From assembly GCF_006345805.1 (NCBI RefSeq), contig NC_042999.1:72788001-72852000 (forward strand): a stretch of 64,000 nucleotides of DNA, given 5' to 3'. How positions within the stretch are numbered: the first letter of the stretch is position 1; the number at the start of each line of letters is the position of its first letter. The position numbers were made by a program, and so were the translations under genes. This DNA comes from Octopus sinensis. Lineage: Eukaryota. Shown piece after piece: positions 37,738 through 52,659 of this stretch. Under the pieces are notes generated by a model, which was not told where the DNA came from, did no database searches, and saw only the letters and a program-made list of their open reading frames with translations.

Positions 37738-39429
37738 TATCTTATCATAAATCTGCTGAGTAACAGACTTTTTAAAGTAGAAACATACAGTCAAGAAAAA
37801 ACATATTTAAGTCTATTTGTGAATATTTACTGTGGATAACAGTGTCTAATCGATAATCGGCAAAAACTTGGCGGAACACAAACACACATGACTTCTGACA
37901 AGAAGGCAACAATGTATCGATGAAAATACAAGCAACTTGTGAAATATTAATTTTATCATAATAATCTTTGTGCAAATAGTAAGAAAAAATATTGTAGAAA
38001 ATTCTGATAAGAACATTCTGTGAGTAAACTCTACAGAACTGGAGATAGGTCTTTGAAATTTGTCACTAAAGCTTACATTTGTCCTCATTTTTTGCCACTC
38101 TTTTCTTACTTGTAGATCTAACACCTCCATTTCATCGTTTATTGATGTCCACCATAAAGGCATTTTTATGACAACATATTAAGAATAAAATTTAATTTAT
38201 TATATTTTAGAAATCTTTTGATATACCTTAAAATAATAATGGTGATGATGATGATGATGCTTACTTTATTGGCCACCAGGGCCAAAAACAAAACATAGAG
38301 GACAATACACAGACGAGGGACAGTGAGGTTAAATGTGTAAACAGCAAACAAACACAATTAACAAAGAGATTAAGTCAACAATATGCTTCCCAATTGGAGG
38401 GAGTTCCACCGTAACTTTGGACTTTGGACCTCTTAACACCAATGGTTCCTCAGGAAGGTATCCTCTCTACTCCCTTCCATCTGGCCTACAGATACACACT
38501 TCGAGTAGGCCCATTCACGTGGGCAATTCTTGTCACATTCACCCGCCTTTTAACTCACTTTCCTTTTCAGGTGAAACCTGAAAATGAAAATTTAGCCCTG
38601 GCCAAAGAGAAAAGTAACCATCTTCAACCCTTTAAGTCACTTCCACCACACAACCTCTTTTGCCATAGCCACTAGAGAGAAAAATTGTCCACCCTTCCTG
38701 GCTAAAGAAAGGAGGCAGGATGATCTTCACAATGGACTCAGACGATAGCCAAATCAATAATAATAATCCTTACTACAATAGGCACAAGGCCTGAAATTTG
38801 GTAGGAGGGAGGGCAGTTGATTAGATCAACCTCAGTACACACCTGGTACTAAATTTATCAACTCCAAAAGGATGAAAGGCAAACGCAGTACCAGGTAATG
38901 GCTCTCATGGCTTCTGATCTTAACTAATTGGAAGTGTACATGTTTTGTTTTGGTGTAAAGATGGGCTACAGCAAATATTCTGCTCAATACCACAGATCTG
39001 CTTGTCGGTTGCATGTCCCTTAGTGGCTGATGATATGTGCTTGTCTGATCATGAGCAGAAGTAGTGGGGAGCATCATAGCTATGTGTTGAGAGGAATTCT
39101 TTGGGTTTGAATAATTCACCTCTGGAAACATGGATGATTTGTTCATCATCCTTAAACAAACCTTTTGAGTAGGATGGGCTACTCAACCTGAAGAAAATTC
39201 AAGGTCATGCATAATAATAATAATAACAACAACAACAACAATAATAATAACGAAGGTACAAAAATTTTTCTTTAAATTTATCAGATTTGACTTAATAACT
39301 TTTTTGAAATATAATGATGGAAAGTTTTCGCAATTTGAAAGAGAATTTCAAATGAACACATTGTTCTTCCAAATTTTTTAACTGGCTGTACTGGGTTACA
39401 CGTTATTAGTAGCACTAAAAGTGACTTGA

Positions 39430-39860
39430 CACACATACAGACATGCATACATACATACATACATACATACAACATACATACATACATACATACATACATA
39501 CATACATACGCATGCACACATACATACATATAAACGCACGCAATACATGCATACATACGCACGCACACACACATACATGTACACACACACATACACACAC
39601 GCACACATACACTGTGTGACTAGAAGATGTTGCTATTCCATCGTCTAGTTACTATGTCGAAGTTTCCCTCGGTGGCTCCTGTGTACATACGCTTGTGTCG
39701 CATACACATGTATGTATGTATGTATGTATGTATGCATGCATGCATGCATGCATGCATGCATGCATACATACATACATACATACATACATACATACATGCA
39801 TGCATGCATGCATGCATGCCTGCCTGCATGCATGCATGCCTGCCTGCATGTATGTGTGTG
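39430..39860. repeat. Compound (CATA)n/(CATG)n microsatellites
   Basis: Directly visible. Confidence 0.9.
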
Positions 39861-41349
39861 GTGCTATTTTGCAAATTATGTATTTAAAATGGCCGTCAAT
39901 AAAATAAAACGGAAAACGATTTTTCTCCAATAAAATAATTTCAGATGAGTATAAAATAATGATTTATTGAGTTTAGATACTTGGATTTTCGCCAAAATCC
40001 TAATGATCCAAATGATTTATTTATATTTCATTTTATTTTTTGGTAAAATCCAGAAATCGAAAGAAAATCATTTTTTTTGCCACGATTGACAAAACCCATC
40101 GCTGATTATAACACATCGCTGAATCACAAATTAATCCGATGGATGCAAGTAACTCAATTGTGCAATCAATATCATAAGTTATCTGGTGAACATCTCGTAG
40201 AAAGTAATTGGTTTGAGTCAGATCTTCATTATTAACAATCTCTGCTACGATACTTACACTTTCGAAATTACACGATCAGCCAATTCTTCATTACGTAAAC
40301 AATTCAGAAAAGAAATATAAATAATTAAGTTCTGTTTTTATTGACAATGTAAATTTTCTAATATATTTGTTCTTTATTCGCTTTATTTCTAACCTTTTAA
40401 CTAAAGGAAATAAAACTGAATAAAGACGAATTTAGGACACAGCTTTCTAGTCAACATCAGCAGATAGACGGGATCCCTTTAGTTTCGATCACAGATTTTT
40501 TAATAATTTTTTTTTCCTGAATGTGCGTCCATTGCCACGTAAAGTAACAAGTTGTGTTTTTTTTTTCAGATGACGGCTCCACAAATTTAAACAGTATTGA
40601 TATACCTTGTAGTGTCAGAAATGTCAAGGGGAAAGTAAAATTATGGAATAAAATTATGGAATAAAAGTTCGTCAGTCATATATGATAGTATAAAATAAAT
40701 TTACTTTATTATGCAAATAACTTGTAGATGATACGCTTTCATCTTTACATCAAAGCATTGTAGGTAAAGTACTAAATTTCATATTTGTATTTAGATTTTT
40801 AACTAGGACTTAAAGTCAACTCTGCCCAACACACTCAGGAAACACTACCATGGAAAATCCAAGGAGTTACCTTCTTTACTAACAAAAGTTGATCTCAGTC
40901 AAGTTACTTCATCTACATCATAGGAACTCTTTCATAATTTAATAATACTTTACAGTTTCTGATAATTCTCATCATGAGTCTAGTACATCAAGAAAGAACT
41001 TAGCTCACTAATATGTCCAATAAAGAATCTCCTTTGAAGCAATACATTGCCAAGACTTCACTCATCAGTAATGTCTCAGTGATTAGATACATGTTTTCAT
41101 ACCTAAGAGATTCTGAGTAATGGCCATGTTAGTCATTAAATGTCCAGGATGTTGGTAGAGTTTTTAAAGCATCAGATTGAATAGTTTCCAGTATTTGTTC
41201 ATGTTGCCAGGGCTCTGAGCTCAAATCCTACCAAGACCAATCTTGTCTTTCTTCTTTGGCATATGTCAGAGAATACCAAATGCATCAATCCTGTACTGGA
41301 ATCCATTTTCTTATGACTGTCTCATTTTTTCTCTTCTTTGGAAGAAACC

Positions 41350-41545
41350 TATTTCTTTACTACCCACAAGGGGCTAAACACATAGAGGACAAACAAGGAC
41401 AGACAAATGGATTAAGTCGATTATATCAATCCCAGTACTTATTCAATCGACCCTGAAAGGATGAAAGGCAAAGTCAACTTCGGCAGAATTTGAACTCAGA
41501 ACATAGCAGCAGACAAAATACCACTAAGCATTTCGCCCAGCTCGC
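41350..41545 (-). mobile_element. tRNA-derived SINE, family 1
   Basis: Reverse complement of the central domain and B-box. Confidence 0.7.
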
Positions 41546-43099
41546 CATTGTATTCAAACCAGGAGAGAAATGGGCTCTGCCATTCCTCTGCATCCCTAGA
41601 ATATTCTCAATACTGAGGATCTTGTCCTGGATGATGAATTTGGAGTTTAAGTTTAAATTCATTTGAGCACTATTACGTGTTTTCTATACAGAGCACATAT
41701 CTAGCTCTCACCTATTATTTGTACATATATATATATATATGTATGTATGTGGGTGGGTGGGTGTGTGGGTGTATACTGGCATGTATATTGTACATATACA
41801 ATTATATATACATACAGCTACATAAATATGCACATACACACACACACACATTTATGCAACACTTCCAAGGACTATTGTGCAGGCCAAACATACATTATCT
41901 TGAATATAAGTTATTATTAGAATATAGATCTAAATACATACTTAAAGATTGTATAGAGCATAGATATATATGTTTAGTTGAAGAGTGTGTGTATCTACAC
42001 CTATATATTTTACATTGATCATCCTTCTGCACCACCAAATTCTCTCCTCCACCACCATGCATCCCTCTCTCTCCCCCTCTTCCCATACACTATGTCTGTC
42101 TCTCCCATCACATTTGCAACTTACCCAAACACATGTCATCTCTCTTTCTCTCATCCTCCCTACTGTATTATTATTACTATTCAGTTATTCTTCACTCGTT
42201 TTTGTATTGTAAGTCATTACCTATTCCCCACTTTGTCTCACAGCACATATGTATCATTGATCACCCCATCCTCACTCCTTGTCCATTAACTACATCCATG
42301 TCTCAACGCTACCCAACCATGATAGTCATCACCAACTCTTCTCTACCTTCCCTCCAACATGTATTTATCATCATGTGTTCTTCAATCACTTATATTCACC
42401 TCCTCATCCACCCTCTCTCTCTAACTGCTCTTCACCCTTGCAACCTTTAGCCTCCCCTAGCTGCCCACACCTGCTGGTTTTCTCTTCTTACTCACCTCTA
42501 CTCCTCTTGTACATTGAGGATCCACCTAGACACCTTATCATCACTATTTTATTACATTCTTTTGCTCACCCAGTTACTCCCACACTCTCTTCCCACATGT
42601 GAGTAGCCATGTAACTCCTCTACAACAAGAAACATGTGTGTTCTGTTCTGGCCCCTTCTCTCATACTTTAACTTCTTGTCTTCTACCATGAAGCCACTAT
42701 CCTTTCTCTAATGTTGTCCCTCTCAGTCAAAGAGGATCTTTGTGTTGCAACCTGCTTATGACCTCACTAGTGCTAGTGCCATGAACAAGGCACTCAGTAT
42801 AGTGATTGGTGTTAAGAAGAGCATGCATCTTTAGAAACCATGCCAAAACTGACACTGGAGCACAATGCAGTCCTCAGACTTATCAGATCCTGTCAAAATG
42901 TCCAACCTGAGGCATCATGAACATTAAAGATGGACATTAAAATATGATGATGATGATATGTATGTGTATGTATGTTTAGGTGTGTGCAAGCATGTGTGCG
43001 TGTATGTACATGTATGTTGTTGAGATTGGCATCAACTTGCATCAGTTTGGATGGAACATTAACAGCACCAAATTTCACTGGACAAGGATGATCCGTTGT

Positions 43100-43410
43100 T
43101 GTTGTTTGTTCCCTCTTGAGCCATGCCTGGCTCATAGGGCCGGTTTCCCAGTTTCCTTGGCATATAGGTTCCCCATCTGGATGAGACGCCAGTCCGTTGC
43201 AGGTGAGCTGCAAGATGCGGGAGGAAAGAGTGACAGAAAGTTGTGGCAAAAGAGTCAGTAGAAGTTCACCAGTACCTTCTGCTGGAGCCGTGTGGAGCTT
43301 AAGTGTTTCGCTCATAAACATACACATTGCCCGGTCTGAGATTCAGACGCGCGATCCCTTGACCGTGAATCCACTGCTCTAACCACTACGCCACATGCCT
43401 CCACACACAA
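43100..43410 (-). mobile_element. SINE, family 3
   Basis: Minus-strand GGAGGCATGTGGCGTAGTGGTTAGAGC head. Confidence 0.7.
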
Positions 43411-43964
43411 GGATGATCTACAAAAGGCTATGTGCACTGCACATTCTGCCAGGCTAGTATGTAAAAAAGAAAATAGAAAAGAATTCAGTAACTGCACCCA
43501 ATAAAATTGTTAGTGAATGTGCTGAGACGGACAGAACCCTTTAGATTTGTCAAGAACATGAGAACCATGCTAGTGCTGGTCCCACTATGTAATACAATAT
43601 AGTACATTCTGTGAAGTAGTTACTGATATGACAGCTAACTATACAAAAGCTGAAAAAGAAACATGAAATGGTCCACTCAGCTAGCAAATATCATTTGTAC
43701 CTGCTGAATCTCTCTGAGAATTACATTAAGGGTATTTGTGTTTGTGGATTTGTGGAGTGCTCAGCCACTTGCACGTTAATTCCATGAACAGGCTGTTCTG
43801 TTAATTGGATCAAATGGAACCTTCCTCATTGTAACTAACAGAGTGCCAATATGTCTTTCAGTCAATCTCTGCAAGCAAGAGCACTGAATAAGAACATCAT
43901 TGATTGTGGTGACATAACATTACAACATAGAAAGCAAATGTATAATGATAATTATATATATATA

Positions 43965-44478
43965 TCATCATCATCATCATCATTTAACATCTGCTTTCCA
44001 TGCTAGCATGGATTGGACGATTTGACTGAAGACTGGTGAACCAGATGGCTGCACCCGGCTCCAATCTGATCTGGCAGAGTTTCTACAGTTGGATGCTCTT
44101 CCTAATGCCAACCACTCCGAGAGTGTAGTGGGTGCTTTTACATTCCAGTCTGGTGATACTGGCAACAGTCACGCTCAGATGGTGTTTTTTATGTGCCACC
44201 TGCACAGAAGTCAGTCCAGCGGCACTGGCAATGACCTCGCTTGAATGTTTTGTTCACATGCCAGTAAGGCAACACTGGTAACGATCAATCTCAAATGGTG
44301 CTTTTCACATGCCACCGGCATGGAAGCCTGACAGCTGCCCTGGCAGTGATCCCGCTCGGATGGAGCTGTTAGCATTCCACTGGCATGGGTGCCAGTCATT
44401 AAATTTGGTTCAATTTCGATTTCACTTGCCCCAACAGGTCTTCGCAAGCAGAGTTTGTCCAACGAAGGAAGGTTGGCA
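43965..44478 (-). mobile_element. RTE 3'-UTR fragment
   Basis: Reverse complement of the RTE tail plus (ATC)n. Confidence 0.8.
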
Positions 44479-44529
44479 CGAGTATATATATGATGGATTC
44501 TCTTGTGAATGACAAATGAAGGTTCAGTA

Positions 44530-46430
44530 AAATAAGTTAATCCTGTTCTTTGGACATGAACGTGTCTCTTGAGGCCTGCTGGTGCCTTGCAAATCTTTTG
44601 GCAAATGGAACAAGTTGAAGACTCATTTGATTGAGTGCCTGTGGATCATTTATTAAGTGTTTTCTTGAGTGGATGGCAAGGTCTGCTTTGCTTTGTGCCA
44701 CAAAACCTCAATGGCAGGTAAGGTTTCCATTTAGAGGAGCAACATTTTGCCAGCATGCCTTCATGCTTGCACAAAATTAGTTTTGATGTAGGAGTTGACT
44801 GCTCAAATCTGAACTGAGGAGAAGCAGGACTGGCATCAAGTCCTGCATTCTGATGCTTTGTTTTCCCAGGAAGAAAAGGGAGCATTGCATCATTTCAGGT
44901 TGTTTTTTAGTTTGTCTTTGAAGTGCAAAAGTGGCCTTCCAACTGACCTTCCTGTTGGGAATTGGCCAAAGAGAAGTTGCTTTGGAATTCTGATATCACT
45001 CATACATGAGGATGACCTGACCATCCAAGCTGTATTTTGATGAGGATGGCTTGGCTTCAATATCTGATACGTTGCATTTTGTTTGTAGCCAATGCCAGGG
45101 ATGTAACCAGCTCACTTACGCGTACGTTTCCTTCAGTGGACACTAAACTCTGTTTGCAAAGACCTGTTGAGGCAAGGGAAATCAAAATCAAATCAAATTT
45201 GCAAATTCGATGATTGGCACCTGTGCCAGTGGAGCGCTAAGAGCACCATCTGAGTGTGATCGCTGCCAGAGCAGCTGACTGGCTTCCGTGCCAGTGGTGC
45301 GTAAAAAGCACCATTCAAACGTGATCGTTACTAGCTTCGCCTTACTGGCACTTGTGCCGGTGGCATATAAAAACATTTGAGCGAGGCCATTGCCAGTGCC
45401 GCTGGACTGGCTCCTGTGCAGGTGGCATGTAAAAAACACCACTTGAGCATGGCTGTTGCCAGTACTGCCTGACTGGCCCTCGTGCCGGTGGCACATAAAA
45501 GCACCCACTACACTCTCGGAGTGGTTGGCATTAGGAAGGGCATCCAGCTGTAGAAACTCTGCCAGATCAGATTGGAGCCATTTGGTTCGCCAGTCCTCAG
45601 TCAAATCGTCCAATCCATGTTAGCATGGAAAGCAGATGTTAAACGGTGATGATGATGATTCACTGTTATGAATATGGTCACTCAGTTTTATAAGTGGTGA
45701 TAATTCACAAGCATCATGTGTGAAAAGCATCATGCAGGTGCTTTTGGTACAGAGTCCCAGATTCAGCACCATAAAGTAATGATGTGAAGAACACCAACTT
45801 ACATACATTGATTTTCACCTCCAAAGAGACATCGTGGCTGTTCCAAAACCAGTAGTAAAGCTTACTGAAAGTGGAGCTAGCCTTCCTGATTCTGGACTCA
45901 ATTTCTTTATCCATCTTAGCATCATTTGACACAATGGAACCAAGAAATAGTTTTTAATGCTTTCCCATCAACATATACAGTAGGGGCAACAGCAGGAAGA
46001 TGGTCATGGATGGGCTGATGGACAAGCTCAGTTTTCTTGATGTTGATGGCCAGGCCAAAAGCCCTTGATGCGCACAAGAAGTTACTTAGAATCCATTGCA
46101 TATTTTCAAGAGCGTGTACTACAAGTGCACTGTTGTCTGTGCAGAGCAAATCTTGAACTGTTTTCACCAAAGTCTTAGGTTTTGCTTTGAGTCACTGTTG
46201 GTTGAACAAGCTGTCACCAGTTCTGTACTCAAACTTTACTCCTTCTTTAACACTCTTGAATACTGTTTCCAAGATGATAGAGAAATACAAAGCAAATAAG
46301 AGTGGTGCAAGAACACATCCTTGTTTGGTTCCATTTGAGACTATGAATGAATCAGACACTTCCCCGCTAGATCTGAGAGAAGCCATCATCCCTTGATGAA
46401 AAGAAATTATGACATTGAGCATCTTTTCTG
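44530..46430 (-). pseudogene. Decayed BovB-like RTE reverse transcriptase, interrupted by an RTE 3' fragment at 45090-45660 (+)
   Basis: GTKQGCVLAPLLFALYFS, DLLCTDNSAL (decayed FADD), EIESRIRKASSTF and LLYGAES. Confidence 0.85.
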
Positions 46431-46469
46431 CAACACCTAGCTTTCTAAGAACAACCCAAAGAGCATCCT

Positions 46470-47065
46470 TAGATACAGTATGCTTCTTGGTATCCTTCTG
46501 GCCTCGAGCCTAAAGTCACTAATGACTAGCCTATGCTGGGGGATACATTCTTCACCTGGAAGGGTCTTTGTATTTAAGAGCAGCCCTGCGTCCCGCTGTC
46601 TGATGAGGATGAAATCAATCTGGCTAGTAGAGTCCCCTGATTGATAGGTTATAAGGTAACTGTCTGGCTTCCTGAAGTTAGTGTTGCAGATTAAAAGGTT
46701 ACATGCATCACAGAACTCCAGTAGCCTGGTTCCCTCATCGTTTCGGGTACCAATACCATGGTCACTGTGTACCCCAGTGAAGATATCAGATTCCCGCCCT
46801 ACATGCCCATTAAAGTCTCCAGCCACAAAGATGGGGTCATTGCCACTCGTTTTTGAGGTAGCCTGTCGAAGGGTATTATAGAAATGGTCCATCTGATCAT
46901 TTGGTAGTCCCACATGTGGGGTGTAGGTGGAGATAATTGTAGTTGTGCTGTTCTGCAGGACTAGCGTGAGCTTAAGCACTCTATTGTATACCCTAACAAC
47001 CTCTATGACCTTATCCACCCATTTCTCTGTGAGGAGTATGCCTACACCCCCTACACCATCCATGT
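46470..47065 (-). pseudogene. RTE APE endonuclease fragment
   Basis: GVGILL, AGDFNGHVG, LLICNTNF, SQIDFIL and QHRLV. Confidence 0.88.
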
Positions 47066-48522
47066 TATCTTGCCGTGTCTGCGTTTGTACCCCTATCATC
47101 GTTTGACAACTGATGTTGGTGTATTTCTGTCCCCATAACTTAGCATTTTGGCAAAAGAGACTGATAGAATAAGTACTAGACTTACAAAGAATAAGTCCTG
47201 GGGTTGATTTCTTCAACTAAATGCAGTGCTCCAGCATGGCCGCAGTCAAATGACGGAAGTAAATAAAGAAAAAAATAAATGTCAACAAATGTATTTATTT
47301 TTTGGTAACCAGAAAAGTGAGACAAGTTTTGACTCAATTTAGAGTATCATTAGAGAACATTGACCTCTTAAGTTGTAGCTATTTATAATGAATGTCAATC
47401 AGGATGGGCATAAATTAGTTTGTCTAATTTGCATAACAGTGCATTTATTAGCAATGTGATTAACTAATAATGCATATACAGTATTTATTGATTTATTAAC
47501 ATAGAATAGTAAAGTTATTAAACCAAGGTAGAAAATTTATTGGGTATTTAGTTATATCTATTTATGACTAGGTTCATAGCTTACAAGTCAGCTTTGTCTT
47601 TCACTTTTTTCAGGGTTGATAAAATACCTGACATTGTAAGCACCAAAATCAGTCTGAGGCAGAAAAGAGAAACAAGCCAATGAGTTTTGTTTCTTCAATA
47701 ATTATTCCATAGACGAAGAGCAGAAGAGATATATGAAAAAGTAGAGTGCCAAATTAAATAGCTTGTTAGTGTTTAGCATTGTTATTTAACACTACAAATT
47801 TAAATCATCAGCATTTCATCTTTGCTGTTAATGGATAGAGCCTGGTCATGAACACATGCATTCTGAGTCCTGATTCCTCTGATCTCAGCACTGCATTTCT
47901 CTTTTCCAACTTTGGTAAAGATGGTGCAACTAATACACCTGGTGTAGTGTATTGATTATTTGCTCCTCTGTTATAAAATGTTTGGCCTAGTACCTGTGTT
48001 ATTATTTAAGATATATAACTTCCATTCAAAGAACTGCACCTATATCTAAGTATTAGCTTTACACTTAGAAATCGAATCAAAGAAAAATCAATTTTGCCCT
48101 TTCAGCCTTCTGGAGTCGTTATGAACATCAAATCGTATAAATTATAAAAACAAAAATAAGGGGTTTCACTCTCTCTTACTTTTTATGTATTTTTGTTTTC
48201 AGACCATTTCTTAAAATAATTAGTCCAACAACGCTCAGATTATCTCTTGGGTTTTGGTTTTAAACCCCGTGTTGCTTTCTCTTGAGACAAAGACTTGAAT
48301 ATAACATAAAGTACAAGTATTTACTGTTTCCCTTCAAGTTATTCTATGAACGAAGGTATTACAGCCATGGCCACCCCATATTTTTCCAACTCACAAAGAA
48401 CCCAGGACCTTATATTACGTATCCCCTTTTAAGATGGTACTGCGGGATTTGAAGGAGATTTTATTGCTATTTCTAGCAAGTCAAGCAAACATGTAGAAGC
48501 TCATTCAAATTAATTATATAAT

Positions 48523-48660
48523 TGGCGTTAGGAAGGGCATCCAGCCGTAGAAACACTGCCAGATCTGACTGGGCCTGATGAAGCCTTCCAGCTTCACAGA
48601 CCCCAGTTGAGCCGTCCAACCCATGCTAGCATGGAAAACGGACGCTAAATGATGATGATG
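48523..48660 (+). mobile_element. Short RTE tail insertion
   Basis: TGGCGTTAGGAAGGGCATCCAGC...CATGCTAGCATGG..(ATG)n. Confidence 0.85.
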
Positions 48661-49339
48661 AATTCCTCTTAAAATTTGTGCCCTTGTGCCAATGTTAGCA
48701 ATTCTTTTATCAACTATATCGTCTACATACCTCCCATACAAACTGGGCTTGTGCTTAAGTATTCAGAGCGTCGGACAATTGCTTTACAATTAGGTTTCTT
48801 TACGTTCTTAGTTGAAACCCTATCAGAGTCGATAAAATAAGGTACAGTCGGATACTGATGTCCTAATTTCTCTACTCACTTCCCCTTATTCTTTATTACT
48901 TACTTTTTCTCTCTCTCGATTCCCAGCTTTTCATTCGATTCCATCAAAGCAATATCTCTCCTCGACGAAGTGTTCTACCCGAAACGTTAGATTTCTCCCC
49001 CTTCCCTCATGGTAAACCTGATTAATTCATCCTTGAATTGTCGTCCCTAAAATCGACTTCCAACTCTTAGAATATCTTTTTGTGGTTTTGCACCTATATT
49101 ACAACTCAATAATACTTCGTTGATGTGAATTTTGCAACAGCGATGCTTTCGGACTTCCGTACATCATTTTAATTGAGAATGTCGTAACAACAGCTTCGCA
49201 AATAACTACGACTACCCTCTGCTCTGCTTTGCTCTTACTCTACTGTACTCTATGCTTGGCTTGGTGAACCACTCACTCCAACCTCCACTATCAGCATCCT
49301 CAGCCTCAACCTCAATCTCAAAAAGCTCCAAAGCCATAG

Positions 49340-49395
49340 TTCACGTCACGTGACACAGTTCCAACATGGCGTATTTCCTCCCCGTATCTCAGGTT
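49340..49395 (+). promoter_or_regulatory. Candidate housekeeping-gene promoter/first exon
   Basis: Palindromic GTCACGTGAC E-box (49345-49354) immediately before CAACATGGCG (YY1/Kozak-like, ATG at 49366). An exon-like segment ends at CTC|GTGAGT (49668). Confidence 0.5.
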
Positions 49396-52300
49396 GTGTA
49401 AATGATAAAGAAAACCTTTTAGCCGTGTGTGAGTGTGGGATTTTTTTCTAAAAAAAAACACTATGCATGTACGCGTGTCGTTGTTGCATCGTGCGTGAGA
49501 GAGTGTAAAGTAGAAGTAAATTAAATAAAACAAAACGAAAAAATACCCTATCACTTTTTTGTGTTTGTTGAAGGTCTGACGAAGTTAGGCGTTTCTATTG
49601 GATTATTACAGTTATTTCACAAACACCGACATTTAAAATGGGATCTTCGATTGCCAGCATATAATCTCGTGAGTAGCCAACACTTTTCTTTCTTTCCCAT
49701 CTCCATTAAGTCCTAAAGTTCTATATATTTTTCCAGTTTTAGAGCCGTTTTGTTTGTTGCTCTGATATGTTTTTGTCTAACAAACTCTGTCTTTCTCCCT
49801 TTCTCTTCCTCTCTCTGTCTCACTATTCTCCACCCCCCCTCCACCTCACTAACATACACCACTACGATTTTCGAATCATTTAGCTTTTGCTTTTCGTTAC
49901 ATTGCATGGTTGTCCCGCATTGCTCATATCTTATGTAGTGTTATTGTTGACTGACTGCATTGCCCTTGTGACAAATATAGACCATCATTATTAGCAAATA
50001 AACGATATTGTTATTGTTATTTCAAATCTTTCCAACGTCGATTTTTATTACTTTCCTTTCTGGGGGTCGACAAAAATACAATACCAGTCGAGTACCGAGG
50101 TTGATATATAATCGACTGTTCCTCGTTCCAAAATTTGTGGCTTTTTTACCTGTTTGGAGATTATAATATATATTTATATATGCGTGTGTGTGTGTCTGTG
50201 TGTATACATATACAAACATACATACACTAGGACCACTTCAATCATGTTTATCCTTCCTCCTAAAAATTAAACTGAGCATTATTTATTAACACTTCCCCCC
50301 CTGTCTCCATATGTATATATACACATACACACGCACACATACTCGGTTATGCTTGTAATTGCATATGTGTGTGTGTGTTGCACATATGTTTTGTTTATTT
50401 ATTAATATTGTTTTGTACTTCATTTGATTATTTATGATGTTCTCTTCATTGTAGCCCCTGTGGCGAATAAGCGATTATCAGTAGTGTGTCAGAAATGGGG
50501 GTCGAATGACGGAACGTCTTTCGGAGTATCACTATTTAGTTTCGTCTCTGTCTTTATTGTGTGTGTTCAAACCTCAGGAGGATCGATTGCTTTTAGCATT
50601 CCGGGGTAATGGTAGTGATCGATAAAATAAATTCAAAATTTGACAATACTTTCCCTATACTAACTGGTGTAAGAAATTATCATTGCTAGAGGGTGAAGAG
50701 TGGCATAATCGGTAGAGCGCCAAATTAATACCCTGCGGGTATTCAGTTATGTCCCTTCTGAGTTCAAATGTCGTTGAGTTCGATTTTGCTTCTCATACTT
50801 CTTGGGTAGATTTAACCGACTAGCCTCCCTCCTAATTTTGTGTCTGTTAGAAATCATTATTATCAGTATTATTAATAATCGGCGTCCACGTTACTGCTTC
50901 CACCACCACATTGGGCAATTGGCAAAATAGATAAAGCGGCTAACAAATTAGTATTATATTTAGTTACGTCCCTTTATGTTCTGTGTTCAAATCCTTCCCG
51001 GTTTGACTTTGCTTTTCATCTACTAATGATGTTAAAAATTGAAGACTAATCAGGTTCTGAGATTCAGTTCGATTGACGGTTCATTCCTACAACATATTTG
51101 GCCTTCAATATTTTTATTGTCTTTATTATTAATAACAGAGACGGTAGGTTAGCAAATTAAAAACCGTAGTGATTATTTCGCTTTCCAACGTTCTTGAGTT
51201 GAAGTTTCGCTTGGGTCCACTCTACTCTACTTTTTCATAACTCGGGAGTTAGCGGGTAAGTGAAATAGATAATCATTAAATACGGAGTGAATTAAAAAAA
51301 AATCAACTATACCCATCCTTCCTTTCTCTTGCGGAAATTTTCCTTGTTCTTGTCAAGATTATTATTTTAATTTTCACCCTTTCGGGATCGATGAAATAAG
51401 TACCAGTTGAATACTAGGGTCAGTGTAATCGACTTATCCCCTCCTTAAAATTGCTGGCCTTGTGCCAAAATTTGAAACCATTATTTTCTTCCGATTGGTT
51501 CCATTTTTTTTCATTCTTCCGGTGTGATGACCAGTCATATAAGGAGCAATTTAATCAACTAACCCCCTTCTCCCCTAAATTTCTGGACTTATGTCTGAGT
51601 TTAAGGAAAACATCTAGCAGAATGCCGAATAAAATCTCTTGTGTTATTCATTAATGTCTCTGTATGTTCAAATAATACCCTACTTTACTATATCTTTTAT
51701 TCTTACAAGATTGATAAGAGAAGTAGCAGTTTAATAGTGATTCGATTTATTCAACTAGACCCTTCGTCTGAAATTTGTGGTTTTGTTTTCAAGAAATGTC
51801 AGTGAAATTTACCGAAATATCTTTGTATACTCGCGTACTTATTCGCGTAAAAGATATTGTAATCACTTTCGTTAGAAGAATGTTCCTCATAGAATAATTT
51901 GATGTCCAACTTTGCTTAGATTTGCTTGTAAGTTTGCACTGTAAAAACCTATTCTGCTTTCTTTGGATCATTGGAGAATACGAAAACGTTAACGTAGATC
52001 GAATGCAAAGTTTATTTAGTTTTATATCACACAACCAAACACTATTATTAATAACCTAAGATGCTACATGCTTATTAAATTTAGAAAAATATAATTCATT
52101 TCAGTTTCCTTTTCCTTGATTGCACACACAGTAACAGGGAGATGACAACACGTGGCGTTCTATAGGCATAATACATACATACATATTGCGCCGTTTTGAG
52201 TTAAAGGTATATCTTCGGGTTTCAGTTTCCAGTCGAAATACATTTTCACTTGACTGTCACAGATAACGGCCCTTTCCCTTGACGTTAAAAAAAAAAAAGT

Positions 52301-52616
52301 GCCCCCCCCCACTACCACCATATCGCATTCCTTACTTCCTTCTCGCACTCAGTGTGACCGAAGTATTGTTTTGCATGCAGTAGGGAATCTTTAGTGAAAA
52401 AGAAATCAAAATGTTATATGAAGAGAGTATTGAAAACCGGTCCCCCATTTTATAGTCGACAGGTATGTTGAAGGATTGTTCCTCTCTCTCTATATTTGTG
52501 TGTGTGTACTTATGTATGTATGTACACGTGTGTAAATATATATATATATTATATATATATATATATAATATATATATATATATATACAAATGTGTCGTGA
52601 GTGTACTATATATGAA

Positions 52617-52659
<43 letters not shown>

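Noticed and set aside
37772-38163. Overlapping 105-aa and 67-aa minus-strand ORFs
   Set aside because: No motif or convincing splice signals, so they cannot be supported as a gene.
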